Shown here: positions 17,757 to 25,256 of the stretch, in pieces
How positions within the stretch are numbered: the stretch's first letter is position 1
Layout: each line of letters starts with the position of its first letter
Source of the DNA: a virus
Lineage: Duplodnaviria > Caudoviricetes
Direction: 5' to 3' (one strand)
Virus record (IMG/VR): IMGVR_UViG_3300043442_000426
Coordinates: 1-26,418 of that record
Length of the DNA: 26,418 nucleotides
Position numbers and translations under genes: made by a program
Notes under the pieces: generated by a model
What the model was told of the DNA's origin: nothing
Database searches by the model: none
Seen by the model: the letters and a program-made list of their open reading frames with translations, nothing else

Positions 17757-18358
17757 TGGGAGTCGAGCGACCCGCTAAGCGGACGCCTGTGTCTCCAGAG
17801 CAGGTGTTTCTATCGTTTGCTACGGCGTGGCAAATGCTTACCGGGTCGCCGCCCCAGCGGCGCGTGCTCCACATCCTACACGCGCAGAGCGCACTCGAAA
17901 CTGGCCATTGGAAGAGCCTATGGAACTACAACCTGGGCGGGGCGAAGAAGCACGGCCAGTGCGATTGGACGCACTTCACAACGACGGAGCGGTTCAAGCA
18001 CGCGGATGCGGACAAGTACCTGGCATCCTCGAAGCCTGGTTCCGAGGTTGCGCTCGTGAAGCAGGACGCGACGCACAAGACCCTGCGCTTCAGTGGCAAG
18101 CAGCCGATGAACTGCTTCGCCTCCTGGGAAGACTTGGACTCCGCGGCCAAGGCTCACCTTGAACTGCTCTTCCGGCGCTTCCCTGCGGCCATCGAGCGCG
18201 CCAAGGCTGGCGACGCGGACGGCTACGTGAAGGAACTGAAGAAGCGCGGCTACTTCACGGCCTCGGAAGAGGAGTACATGAAGGCGGTCGGAAGCATCGC
18301 CCGCAGCTACGAGAAGAAGCTGCAAGGCGTGACGCTGCCGTCGGTGATTGTGCTCTAG
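17756..18358 (+). CDS. Endolysin, GH73 glucosaminidase/FlgJ-type muramidase-like, 200 aa
   Basis: HAQSALETGH (catalytic Glu motif), NYNLGGAK, F.SW...S and C-terminal GYFTA...Y match the GH73 AQ..LESG / NNLFGIK / GYAT.P.Y pattern. Confidence 0.8.
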   Translation: MGVERPAKRTPVSPEQVFLSFATAWQMLTGSPPQRRVLHILHAQSALETGHWKSLWNYNLGGAKKHGQCDWTHFTTTERFKHADADKYLASSKPGSEVALVKQDATHKTLRFSGKQPMNCFASWEDLDSAAKAHLELLFRRFPAAIERAKAGDADGYVKELKKRGYFTASEEEYMKAVGSIARSYEKKLQGVTLPSVIVL

Positions 18359-18894
18359 TCCTGCCCGAGCAGGTCCTTGACCACGAGGTCCGCAACCTCT
18401 TCGGCCGTGGCCTGGCCGGTGAGAAGGCGCGTACGCATCTGGTCCATGCGCTGCTGCGTCTCCAAGACCTTCAGCTTGAGCGCCGCCTGGGTGCCCGTAG
18501 CGGTCGAGAGCTTGGCGGCAGCGTCGGCGGCCCCGCGCAGGTCTCCCTGCTCGAAGCTCTCGGTGATGACGCGAGCCAGGGTGGAGGCGACGAGCTGGTG
18601 AGCGGACTGCGGGCGCATGATGCTGCGGCGCATGTTGCGCTGAGCCTCGCGTACGCACTGCTCGACCTGCCGCGGCGTGAGCTTGTACGCCTTGCCGATC
18701 TCCTCCGAGTCGCGCTGGGCATCCCAGTCGGACTCCAGCATGTACTTCGTGATCTGCTCGACCGCGAAGAACTCGCTCTCGTCCTTGGTGAGCGAGAATG
18801 GCGCGCGCGGGAAGCGGGCAAGAGACTGCGAGGCGGGCGCTTGCTGCGCCACGTCGACCGTCGCCATGACGGGGTGCTGCTTCCGCCTAGCCAT
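18355..18894 (-). CDS. Helix-turn-helix protein, possible terminase small subunit, 179 aa
   Basis: Start MARRKQHP at 18894 overlaps the end of the upstream gene. HTH-like EEIGKAYKLTPRQVEQCVREA is followed by the helical ..EQGDLRGAADAAAKL...G pattern seen in TerS-like proteins. Confidence 0.45.
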   Translation of the reverse strand: MARRKQHPVMATVDVAQQAPASQSLARFPRAPFSLTKDESEFFAVEQITKYMLESDWDAQRDSEEIGKAYKLTPRQVEQCVREAQRNMRRSIMRPQSAHQLVASTLARVITESFEQGDLRGAADAAAKLSTATGTQAALKLKVLETQQRMDQMRTRLLTGQATAEEVADLVVKDLLGQD

Positions 18895-19219
18895 TCTTCT
18901 GCCTACGGTAGCGTTCGAGCAGGCTGCGGCCCTTGGCCGCGAGCTTGGCCATGCCGGCTGCTGTCTTCGGCACCGGCTCGCCCCAGGCTGCCGCCGAGAG
19001 CGCACGGCGCGTCGGCTTGCCATTGGGCTTCACGGCCCCGCCCTTGGGGTTCGAGAACATGCGCGTGAGGAACGAGCCCTTGCGGCGCAGCTTCTGGGGC
19101 GTGTCGGCGGCGCCCTTGACGCCAGGCTTCAGGTTGGCGCCTTCGGTGCGCTTGTAGTACGCGCGCCCGGCCGCGGTGAGGCCACCCTCGGGGTTCTTCA
19201 GTCTCTTCGCAATTCCCAT
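18887..19219 (-). CDS. DUF6321-like basic phage protein, 110 aa
   Basis: KNPEGGLTAAGRAYY...NLKP...RRKGSFLTRM...AWG motif recognised from this phage family; GGAG RBS. Confidence 0.7.
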   Translation of the reverse strand: MGIAKRLKNPEGGLTAAGRAYYKRTEGANLKPGVKGAADTPQKLRRKGSFLTRMFSNPKGGAVKPNGKPTRRALSAAAWGEPVPKTAAGMAKLAAKGRSLLERYRRQKNG

Positions 19220-19240
19220 CGTTGCTGCTCCGAAGATAGG

Positions 19241-19290
19241 GTGCCGGCCCCGACGTGCAGGAGGGGGAGGGGCCGCGGCAGGGCCGGCAC
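19241..19290. repeat. Intergenic 10-bp perfect inverted repeat with 30-nt spacer
   Basis: GTGCCGGCCC at 19241-19250 and GGGCCGGCAC at 19281-19290. Confidence 0.85.
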
Positions 19291-19295
19291 ACAGG

Positions 19296-19628
19296 TCAGA
19301 CTAGCTTGGCCTTCGGAGGCCGTCCAGGACGCCGTTTAACGAACGTTTGCTCGATGACCTTGGCGTGCTCCGGGTTGGTCACGACAAGCGGCGTAGCGGG
19401 CGGCGTAGGCGCCGCAACGAGGGCCTGCGGAGCAGCGTCCTCGACCACCTCGGCGAAGCGCAGCATGGCGGCGCTGATGATGAAGCGGGTGATGCCGGCC
19501 TGCCGGATGTAGATGAGGTTGCCCTCGATGGTCGCCTTCCAGTCGTCGCGAGGCTCGACGAACTCCGAGTAGTGGACGCTCCAGGGGAGTTTGATGGGGT
19601 AGAGCAGATGCAGGGTTTTCAGGTTCAT
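19296..19628 (-). CDS. Hypothetical protein with C-terminal AT-hook-like motif, 110 aa
   Basis: Ends KRRPGRPPKAK; ATGA overlap with the upstream gene. Confidence 0.65.
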   Translation of the reverse strand: MNLKTLHLLYPIKLPWSVHYSEFVEPRDDWKATIEGNLIYIRQAGITRFIISAAMLRFAEVVEDAAPQALVAAPTPPATPLVVTNPEHAKVIEQTFVKRRPGRPPKAKLV

Positions 19629-20005
19629 TTGGGATCTCTCACTCCGATGCCGCCGCAGGTAGAGCAGCGGCGGTTCTTCGCATGCAGGTTGGGTTCTCCG
19701 CGCACGGCCTCAGTGCCGCAGCGCACACACTTGACGAGCCACTTGCGGTAGCCGTCTGCCTTCTCGACGACGCGGTAAGTGCCGAACTCGACGCCGGGCG
19801 CCCATCGTGCGTGGCCGACGATGCCGCGACCACGGCCACGGCAGCCGCACGAGCGGACGCCGTTCTTCACGAGGTCGATGCGCTTCCACTTGCAGGTCTC
19901 CCCGCAGTCGCAGCGCTGGACCATGGGCGTCGTGCTGACGATGGTGAGCGCGCCGAACTTGGCGCCTACCTCGATGGCCTCATTCGTGACCGCTCGGCTT
20001 CGCAC
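19625..20005 (-). CDS. Double zinc-ribbon putative DNA-binding protein (HNH/AP2-associated CDCG...SCGC module), about 126 aa
   Basis: GTG at 20005 with GAAAGG upstream; G.KFG.LT, RCDCG, L...GVRSCGC, W.VKC..CG and C..C motifs. Confidence 0.65.
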   Translation of the reverse strand: MRSRAVTNEAIEVGAKFGALTIVSTTPMVQRCDCGETCKWKRIDLVKNGVRSCGCRGRGRGIVGHARWAPGVEFGTYRVVEKADGYRKWLVKCVRCGTEAVRGEPNLHAKNRRCSTCGGIGVRDPK

Positions 20006-20327
20006 CGACGCCGCCTTTCTGCATGAGGAAGAGCAGGTCCTCCCAGTACATGATGGCCATGGGTCTCTCCCGGTCGTAGCGCAGCACGGCGACCGGCACG
20101 TCGTCAGGCTTGCGCGCCGCATCGGCCTGTTCGAGCGCGGACTTCGGGCCGAGGTTCTTCCCGCTCTTCACCTCGATCCACCAGCCGTGGAGACCGACGA
20201 CATCCGGAGCATCGGCACCGTCCCTCGCCTGCCAGCCTCGGTGTGCATCCACGCCGAACCGATCGGCAATCTCCTTCGCGGTAGCGCGCTCGCCGCGCTT
20301 ACCCTTGTCTCTCTGAGCCTTCCCCAT
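19980..20327 (-). CDS. Holliday junction resolvase, PD-(D/E)XK (Hjc-like), 115 aa
   Basis: RDKGKRGER...PDV....WIEVK...ALEQA signature; AGGAG RBS. Confidence 0.8.
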   Translation of the reverse strand: MGKAQRDKGKRGERATAKEIADRFGVDAHRGWQARDGADAPDVVGLHGWWIEVKSGKNLGPKSALEQADAARKPDDVPVAVLRYDRERPMAIMYWEDLLFLMQKGGVGAKPSGHE

Positions 20328-20775
20328 CGTCTTCTCCTAAGTGCCAGTGATCTCTCATCTTGTACTCCGGTGGCAATTCACCGGCGTCGAGCTGGCCGCG
20401 GATCTCAAGCTCAGGGAATACCTGAGCGATCTCGTAAGCCTCGTCGAGTGTCTGTGCGTCGGCCATCATCGGCCTACGCGGAGTCGGACCCTGGCGGTTG
20501 CCCTTGAGCCGCTTGCATGCCTGCCGCCACTCGTGCGCCAGGTCTACGAGCCAGCGAGGGTACTCGCGCTTGTCGGCGCAGAGTGCGAGCAGGAGGGCCG
20601 GGACCGCTTCGTCATGCTCACGAAGGTAGTCCTCGACCTGTCCTGCCGTAACACGCTGCGGCCGACCGTAGAGGTCGACGCCGGTGACTTCGATGATGAG
20701 ACGGCGAGCCTCGCCAGCCCGCATACCACCGATGGCGGCTAGCTCGCTCGTCCCCATGTACGTCCACCGGCTCAT
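20299..20775 (-). CDS. Hypothetical protein, 158 aa (possible N-terminal HTH)
   Basis: Tightly packed in the operon; N-terminal MGTSELAAIGGMRAGEARRLI is HTH-like. Confidence 0.5.
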   Translation of the reverse strand: MSRWTYMGTSELAAIGGMRAGEARRLIIEVTGVDLYGRPQRVTAGQVEDYLREHDEAVPALLLALCADKREYPRWLVDLAHEWRQACKRLKGNRQGPTPRRPMMADAQTLDEAYEIAQVFPELEIRGQLDAGELPPEYKMRDHWHLGEDDGEGSERQG

Positions 20776-20777
20776 GC

Positions 20778-21356
20778 CTAGAACGGAATCCCGTCGTCAG
20801 ACGCGAAGTCGTCGTCGTCCCGCGGGTGCGAGTACGCCGTCGCCTTCACCGCGCCGCTCTTGAGAGCCTGCGCCCAGCCCTTCGCGAGCGCAGCTTCGCG
20901 CAGCGAGTAGCCGGCCCACTTGACCTTCTCGGGGTTCTGCAGGTCCTTGCTTGCTCGCCACTCGCAGAAGCCCGCGTGCTGGTCCAGCCACTCCGGAGAG
21001 GTCTCCGAGAAGCGCCGTCCGACCATGGACTCGCCCTTCCAGCGGGCCGGGTCGCGCTTCACCTCCGGGTCGCCCGTCCAGTCGCCACGACCGCTGCCGC
21101 CCTGCTTCTGGATCTCGTGCAGCATGGCGATGCGTGCCTGCGGGAAGCCGCGCTCGTTGAAGCCAGCGAACCACGGGCGCGCGTGCTCAGGAATGAGCGT
21201 GTTCTGCACCGGCTGCGCAGGCGCGTAGGGGCTAGGCGCAGGGCCAGTCTGCACCTTCTTCATGGCCTGCTGAAGCTCGAACAGCTCCTTCTGCGTGCGG
21301 GCCATCGCGTTCTCAAGCAGCGCGACGCGCTGCTCCATCGTTACTTGGTCTTCCAT
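20778..21356 (-). CDS. Hypothetical protein with SSB-type acidic C-terminal tail (DDDDFASDDGIPF), 192 aa
   Basis: Start MEDQVTMEQ at 21356 overlaps the nuclease 3' end; coiled-coil-like N-terminus, Pro-rich linker, Trp-rich domain and D-D-x-I-P-F terminus. Confidence 0.65.
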   Translation of the reverse strand: MEDQVTMEQRVALLENAMARTQKELFELQQAMKKVQTGPAPSPYAPAQPVQNTLIPEHARPWFAGFNERGFPQARIAMLHEIQKQGGSGRGDWTGDPEVKRDPARWKGESMVGRRFSETSPEWLDQHAGFCEWRASKDLQNPEKVKWAGYSLREAALAKGWAQALKSGAVKATAYSHPRDDDDFASDDGIPF

Positions 21357-22417
21357 GTGTCGTACCGGGTTTCCTTGAGGAGGTTGAGGTCGCGGAGGTT
21401 GCCCTCCAGGATTTCGAGAGCTGTCGCCTGCTTGGCGAGCTTCTTCTTCACGTCGGGCCACGCGACGCTGGGCTTGATGGCCTCGCCAGCGCCGGCCTGC
21501 TCGATGAGTGCGAGGGCGCGGTCGTCGTTCGCGAGCGTCACGCGGGTCGCCTCGACCCGGTAGTACTCGCCGCCATCGCGCGTGCGGAAGCGCCCGCCGT
21601 TCGCACGAGCAAACGCCTTCATCTGAAGCTCGATCTTGGCGAGCAGTTCGCTCGCGTAGGCGAGGAGCGCGTGAGCCGTAGCCGCCTCGTCCTCGTTCTC
21701 GATCTTCGTGATGAGCTTGTCGATGTTGGGGACGTCAAGGCCGCGCTGCACGGCAACGGCCAGCGCCTCGTTCTTGGGGCACTGGAGCGTAGCCGGGCAC
21801 CACTGGCACCACGGGCCGACGACGGCCTTCAGCGGCTCCTCGGAGCGGTCGCTGAGGGCGCCCATCATGCGGAGGCTGTGCTGCTCCAAGTCCTCGGCGT
21901 GGAGCATCTTGCGGTCCTCCTCGCCGGTCTGGAGGTAGACGACGCGGACGTCGACCTTGCGCAGCGTCGGGTAGAGCGTGCGCAGGAGCCAGGCGTACGT
22001 GAGCATCTGGTCTTCGTAGACGCCGTGGCGCTGGCCGGTCTTCCAGTCGACGAGCACGGCGTAGTCGAGGCCCGGGGAGACGAGGGCGAAGTCGCAGGTG
22101 CCTTGGATGGCGTCGACGCCGGCCGGAGACTGGTAGACCATCGTGCGCTCGACAAGTTGGTGCCAGCCTTCGCCGGCCTCCTCGATGATGGCGTGCGCGT
22201 AGGTCACGCCCACCGTGGCGAGGACGATCTCGTCCTCGTCCTGCGCCGAGGCGCCTTCGGGCGACGCGCCGAGCGTGCGGGCGATCGTGTTGTGAACGCG
22301 GGTGCCGCGCTCGGCAGCGGCGGAGGACTCGCCCTCGGGCCACTCCTGGCCGGAGAACCAGGTGCAGTTGAGCCAGCGCGTCGTGCTGCTGGCGCGGAGG
22401 ACGGGCAGACTACGCAT
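21341..22417 (-). CDS. PD-(D/E)XK exonuclease (RecB/Cas4-like, DUF2800-like), 358 aa
   Basis: AERGTRVH, GTCDF, LVDWKTG and QMLTYA motifs; N-terminal Cys plus CQWCP....CP as in Cas4/AddB Fe-S ligands; adjacent to the RecT-like gene. Confidence 0.8.
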   Translation of the reverse strand: MRSLPVLRASSTTRWLNCTWFSGQEWPEGESSAAAERGTRVHNTIARTLGASPEGASAQDEDEIVLATVGVTYAHAIIEEAGEGWHQLVERTMVYQSPAGVDAIQGTCDFALVSPGLDYAVLVDWKTGQRHGVYEDQMLTYAWLLRTLYPTLRKVDVRVVYLQTGEEDRKMLHAEDLEQHSLRMMGALSDRSEEPLKAVVGPWCQWCPATLQCPKNEALAVAVQRGLDVPNIDKLITKIENEDEAATAHALLAYASELLAKIELQMKAFARANGGRFRTRDGGEYYRVEATRVTLANDDRALALIEQAGAGEAIKPSVAWPDVKKKLAKQATALEILEGNLRDLNLLKETRYDTWKTK

Positions 22418-23240
22418 CGACCACCTCCCCCGTCACCTCGGGAGCAAGCTCCTCGGCAGCGGCCTTCAGCGCAGCCTTCTGCGCGTCGTGCAGGGCGCGA
22501 AGCTCGCGCTGGGCGGGGCCGGTGACGCCGCGCTTCTTGATCTGCGCCGCGACCACCTTGAGCGCGTGCTCGGTCGTGCAGGCTTCGATGGCCTCGCGTA
22601 GGCCAAGCAGCTCGTCGTCGTCGATGTTGGACGCCTCGGGCTCGGGAGCGACGCCCACGGCCTCTTTAACGGCCTGGAGCGCCTTGACGCTGGCAGGGAT
22701 GGGCGCCGGCTTGATCGGCGCAGGAACGGCCTCGTAGACGCCTCCACGGGGCTGCTCGAAGTCGCCCACTTCCTCCGGGGTGTAGACCCCCACGACACAG
22801 GCGGGGTAGACGGTGCGGATTCCCTCACTGATGACGCGGGCGCGGAGCATCTGACGCGGGTACTTGAGCCAGTTGCCCTTGCCGCCGAGCCCGGCCTGCT
22901 TGGCGCGCTCCATATCCCACTCGATGGTGGCGGTGCCGCCGGCCTCGTGCGTGAACTCGCCGACCACCTTGGCGTCGGTCAGGCTGGTCCACTTCACCTT
23001 GCCGCCGGCAAGCTGGAAGCGGGCGAGCATCGCGTCCGCCTTCATCGACGGGCGGCCCTCGATGATATGGTAGTCGCGCGCGGCGACCATTGGATGAAGC
23101 CCCTCCGCCTGCGCGAGGAGCATGAGGGCGAGCGCCTGGTCCGGCGTCTTGACGCCGAAGAGGTTCGACTTGGCGACGGCGGAGGCCATCTGGCTCACCT
23201 CCGCGATCGTGTGAGATTGGCTAACGACGATGTTCGACAT
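22410..23240 (-). CDS. recT: RecT/Redbeta-like single-strand annealing protein, 276 aa
   Basis: GL.PM.A...HIIEGRPS, AKQAGL..K.NW.KYPRQMLRAR.IS...R..YP....GVYTPEE motifs; AGGAG RBS. Confidence 0.8.
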   Translation of the reverse strand: MSNIVVSQSHTIAEVSQMASAVAKSNLFGVKTPDQALALMLLAQAEGLHPMVAARDYHIIEGRPSMKADAMLARFQLAGGKVKWTSLTDAKVVGEFTHEAGGTATIEWDMERAKQAGLGGKGNWLKYPRQMLRARVISEGIRTVYPACVVGVYTPEEVGDFEQPRGGVYEAVPAPIKPAPIPASVKALQAVKEAVGVAPEPEASNIDDDELLGLREAIEACTTEHALKVVAAQIKKRGVTGPAQRELRALHDAQKAALKAAAEELAPEVTGEVVDA

Positions 23241-23241
23241 G

Positions 23242-23757
23242 CTACTTCTCCTGCTTTGCTTCTGCGATGGCGGCCTCTACGAGGTCGCGTTGCTGGTCGT
23301 CTGAGAACTGCGCGTAGTTGCGCAGGTAGTGCTCGCGGCTCCAGTAGCGGTACCGCTTGAACCCGCTTCCGACGTTGTTCTTCCTGGCGGACTCGCTGCT
23401 GACGAAGACGCGCTGCTCCTTCACGAGTTGAGCGAGCGGGCAGACGTCGTTGCGGGAGCTTAGGATGCTTCCGGCGACGCGCTTGTGGGCGGCGTCGACT
23501 AGGAACTGCTTGATCTCCTCCTTCAGCATGCCCGTCGGAGCGATTTGCAGGCGCTCGACGATGGCCTTCTTCCCCTGCTCCCACTCCTCGGAGCGCATGA
23601 GGTTCGAGCGGGCGACGTAGTTACGCACGCGCCAGCCGTGGTTCTCGGCGCGAAGTACGTCGGTGAGCCGCTTGCGCGTCTCCTCGCCCCAGTAGTCGAG
23701 GCGGGCGGACAGCTCGCGGATGGCGAGGATAAGGTCGCGTGCTTGGTCCTCGTTCAT
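23242..23757 (-). CDS. Hypothetical protein, 171 aa
   Basis: Operon packing (ATGA overlap) and codon bias. Confidence 0.6.
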   Translation of the reverse strand: MNEDQARDLILAIRELSARLDYWGEETRKRLTDVLRAENHGWRVRNYVARSNLMRSEEWEQGKKAIVERLQIAPTGMLKEEIKQFLVDAAHKRVAGSILSSRNDVCPLAQLVKEQRVFVSSESARKNNVGSGFKRYRYWSREHYLRNYAQFSDDQQRDLVEAAIAEAKQEK

Positions 23758-23930
23758 GGAGCCCCCGTTGCCTTGTGGTAAATACGGATCTGCCCGGACT
23801 TCGTGACGTACAGGGCGACGATCTGCTTCGGCGTCTTCACCTCGATGACAGCGGTTCCGCGCAGCTTGGTGATTCGCGTCACTTCGGCCGCGCCGTAGAT
23901 GAAGCCATAGTCGGTTACTGCGTCAGTCAT
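23754..23930 (-). CDS. Hypothetical protein, 58 aa (MTDAVTDYGFIYGAAEVTRI...)
   Basis: Probable coding 3' part of track ORF 23754-24641; ATGA overlaps on both sides and GAGGA upstream. Confidence 0.65.
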   Translation of the reverse strand: MTDAVTDYGFIYGAAEVTRITKLRGTAVIEVKTPKQIVALYVTKSGQIRIYHKATGAP

Positions 23931-24577
23931 GCCGGCTTCCTCACGAGCATGCGGTGCCAGTTGTCGATGAGGCCCTGGTTCGTCAGCCGGGCCAGCCGCT
24001 CCGCCGCGGGGCGGATGTCCTCGGCGTGCTCGTCTTCCTTGGCGACGACGTGCATGGTCGGACGGCCAGCGCTGTCGACGACGTACCAGAAGATGCACGG
24101 CACGGTTGGCGTGTCGTCGCCGAGCACGTCTTGGAGCAGCGTCACCGGCGGCATCTTGTAGAAGACGCGCCAGCGGTCGCACGAGAAGCTGGTGACGGCG
24201 CGGTCGAAGCGCCACAGGTTCTCGGGGCTCATGCCCGCCAGGCGCTCGAAGAACACCCGGATGGCAGGGTTCCCCGCCGAGTCTTCGGCGAGTTGCACGT
24301 TGCCCGCGTTGTCGTTGAGCGTGCCCTTGTCGCGGAAGAAGAGGGCGCAGCGCGCGGGGCGCAGCTCCCACGTCGTACTGGAGCCGCTGTGGCCCCAGGA
24401 GACGGCGCAGCCGCTCTGGATAGCCGGGCGGTTCTTGCTCGTGGCGCCTTCGATGGCAGCCTTGGCCGTCTCCCAGTCCCAGATGGCGGACGAGTCGATG
24501 CTCTTCGTCCATGGGTGCTGGAAGGCACGGCCGAGGCGAATCGCGATGCGCCCCAGGGTGTCCTGCGGGACGATCAC
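23927..24577 (-). CDS. Hypothetical protein, 216 aa
   Basis: GTG start overlapping the upstream TGA with AGGAGG RBS; C/G third-position bias. Confidence 0.6.
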   Translation of the reverse strand: MIVPQDTLGRIAIRLGRAFQHPWTKSIDSSAIWDWETAKAAIEGATSKNRPAIQSGCAVSWGHSGSSTTWELRPARCALFFRDKGTLNDNAGNVQLAEDSAGNPAIRVFFERLAGMSPENLWRFDRAVTSFSCDRWRVFYKMPPVTLLQDVLGDDTPTVPCIFWYVVDSAGRPTMHVVAKEDEHAEDIRPAAERLARLTNQGLIDNWHRMLVRKPA

Positions 24578-24825
24578 TGCTGCTCCTCCTTGTGCTCAGG
24601 CACGAGGCCGACCGTGCAGCGCGCGGTCCACACTGCGTCATTGGCCTGCTGCATGAAGGCGCTGAAGCGGCCTTCCGTCCACCGGCTCATGCCGTCCGTG
24701 AGGCCGCCAGGCTGTGCCGTGCGCACGATGCCGAAGCTCATGTCGCGGATGGCGCGAAGCTCGCTCATCACGAACGCCAACCGGCGTTCGATCTCCTCCA
24801 AGTCTACCAAATCGATGCTGCTCAT
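24574..24825 (-). CDS. Hypothetical protein, 83 aa; first gene of the leftward operon
   Basis: ATG 24825 preceded by GGAG and downstream of the predicted leftward promoter. Confidence 0.6.
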   Translation of the reverse strand: MSSIDLVDLEEIERRLAFVMSELRAIRDMSFGIVRTAQPGGLTDGMSRWTEGRFSAFMQQANDAVWTARCTVGLVPEHKEEQQ

Positions 24826-24862
24826 GCTTGCTCCAGTCACCGGCGCCTCGCCGGAGGTTCGG

Positions 24863-24890
24863 AGCATACGTACGCTGCGATAGTTGTCAA
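24863..24890 (-). promoter_or_regulatory. Sigma70-type leftward promoter TTGACA-N16-TATGCT
   Basis: Minus strand: -35 at 24890-24885, -10 at 24868-24863, in the divergent intergenic gap. Confidence 0.7.
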
Positions 24891-24896
24891 CAGGCA

Positions 24897-24925
24897 TTGA
24901 CGAACGCAAGCAACGTATTCATCAT
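24897..24925 (+). promoter_or_regulatory. Sigma70-type rightward promoter TTGACG-N17-CATCAT
   Basis: -35 at 24897-24902, weaker -10 at 24920-24925, upstream of the wHTH gene. Confidence 0.5.
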
Positions 24926-24956
24926 GGCCTTGGGGAGAACTGAGAAAGGTAGTGCG

Positions 24957-25256
24957 ATGAAAAATAATCGACCGCTGTCGACCGACGACCCCTGCTCGCA
25001 GGATGCTGCGGCGAGGATCAAGCCCGTGGTGGAGCCCATTAAGGAGCAGGTCTACAAGTACGTGAAGGCGCATCCCGGCTGCACCTGTGAGCAGGCTACG
25101 CAGGGCCTGAAGCTGAAGCACCAGACGGCGAGCGCACGCTTCAACGACCTGGTGGCCGAGGGCAGGCTGGTCTTCGAGGTGCTACGCGGCGAGGACGGCC
25201 GCCTAATGAGGCACTACCGCGTGCCCGGCGACCCTCGCCAAGTGGAGATGTTCTGA
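24957..25256 (+). CDS. Winged helix-turn-helix DNA-binding protein, 99 aa
   Basis: GAAAGG RBS and ATG 24957; GCTCEQATQGLKLKHQTASARFNDLVAEGRL matches the phage wHTH pattern. Confidence 0.75.
   Translation: MKNNRPLSTDDPCSQDAAARIKPVVEPIKEQVYKYVKAHPGCTCEQATQGLKLKHQTASARFNDLVAEGRLVFEVLRGEDGRLMRHYRVPGDPRQVEMF

Noticed and set aside
21341-22417. CRISPR-Cas system suggested by the Cas4-like nuclease
   Set aside because: No repeat-spacer array or other cas genes; the context is phage recombination.
23931-24641. 5' extension of the 295-aa ORF 23754-24641
   Set aside because: Arg/Pro-rich off-frame shadow of the 216-aa gene; only the last 58 codons have an RBS and coupled start.
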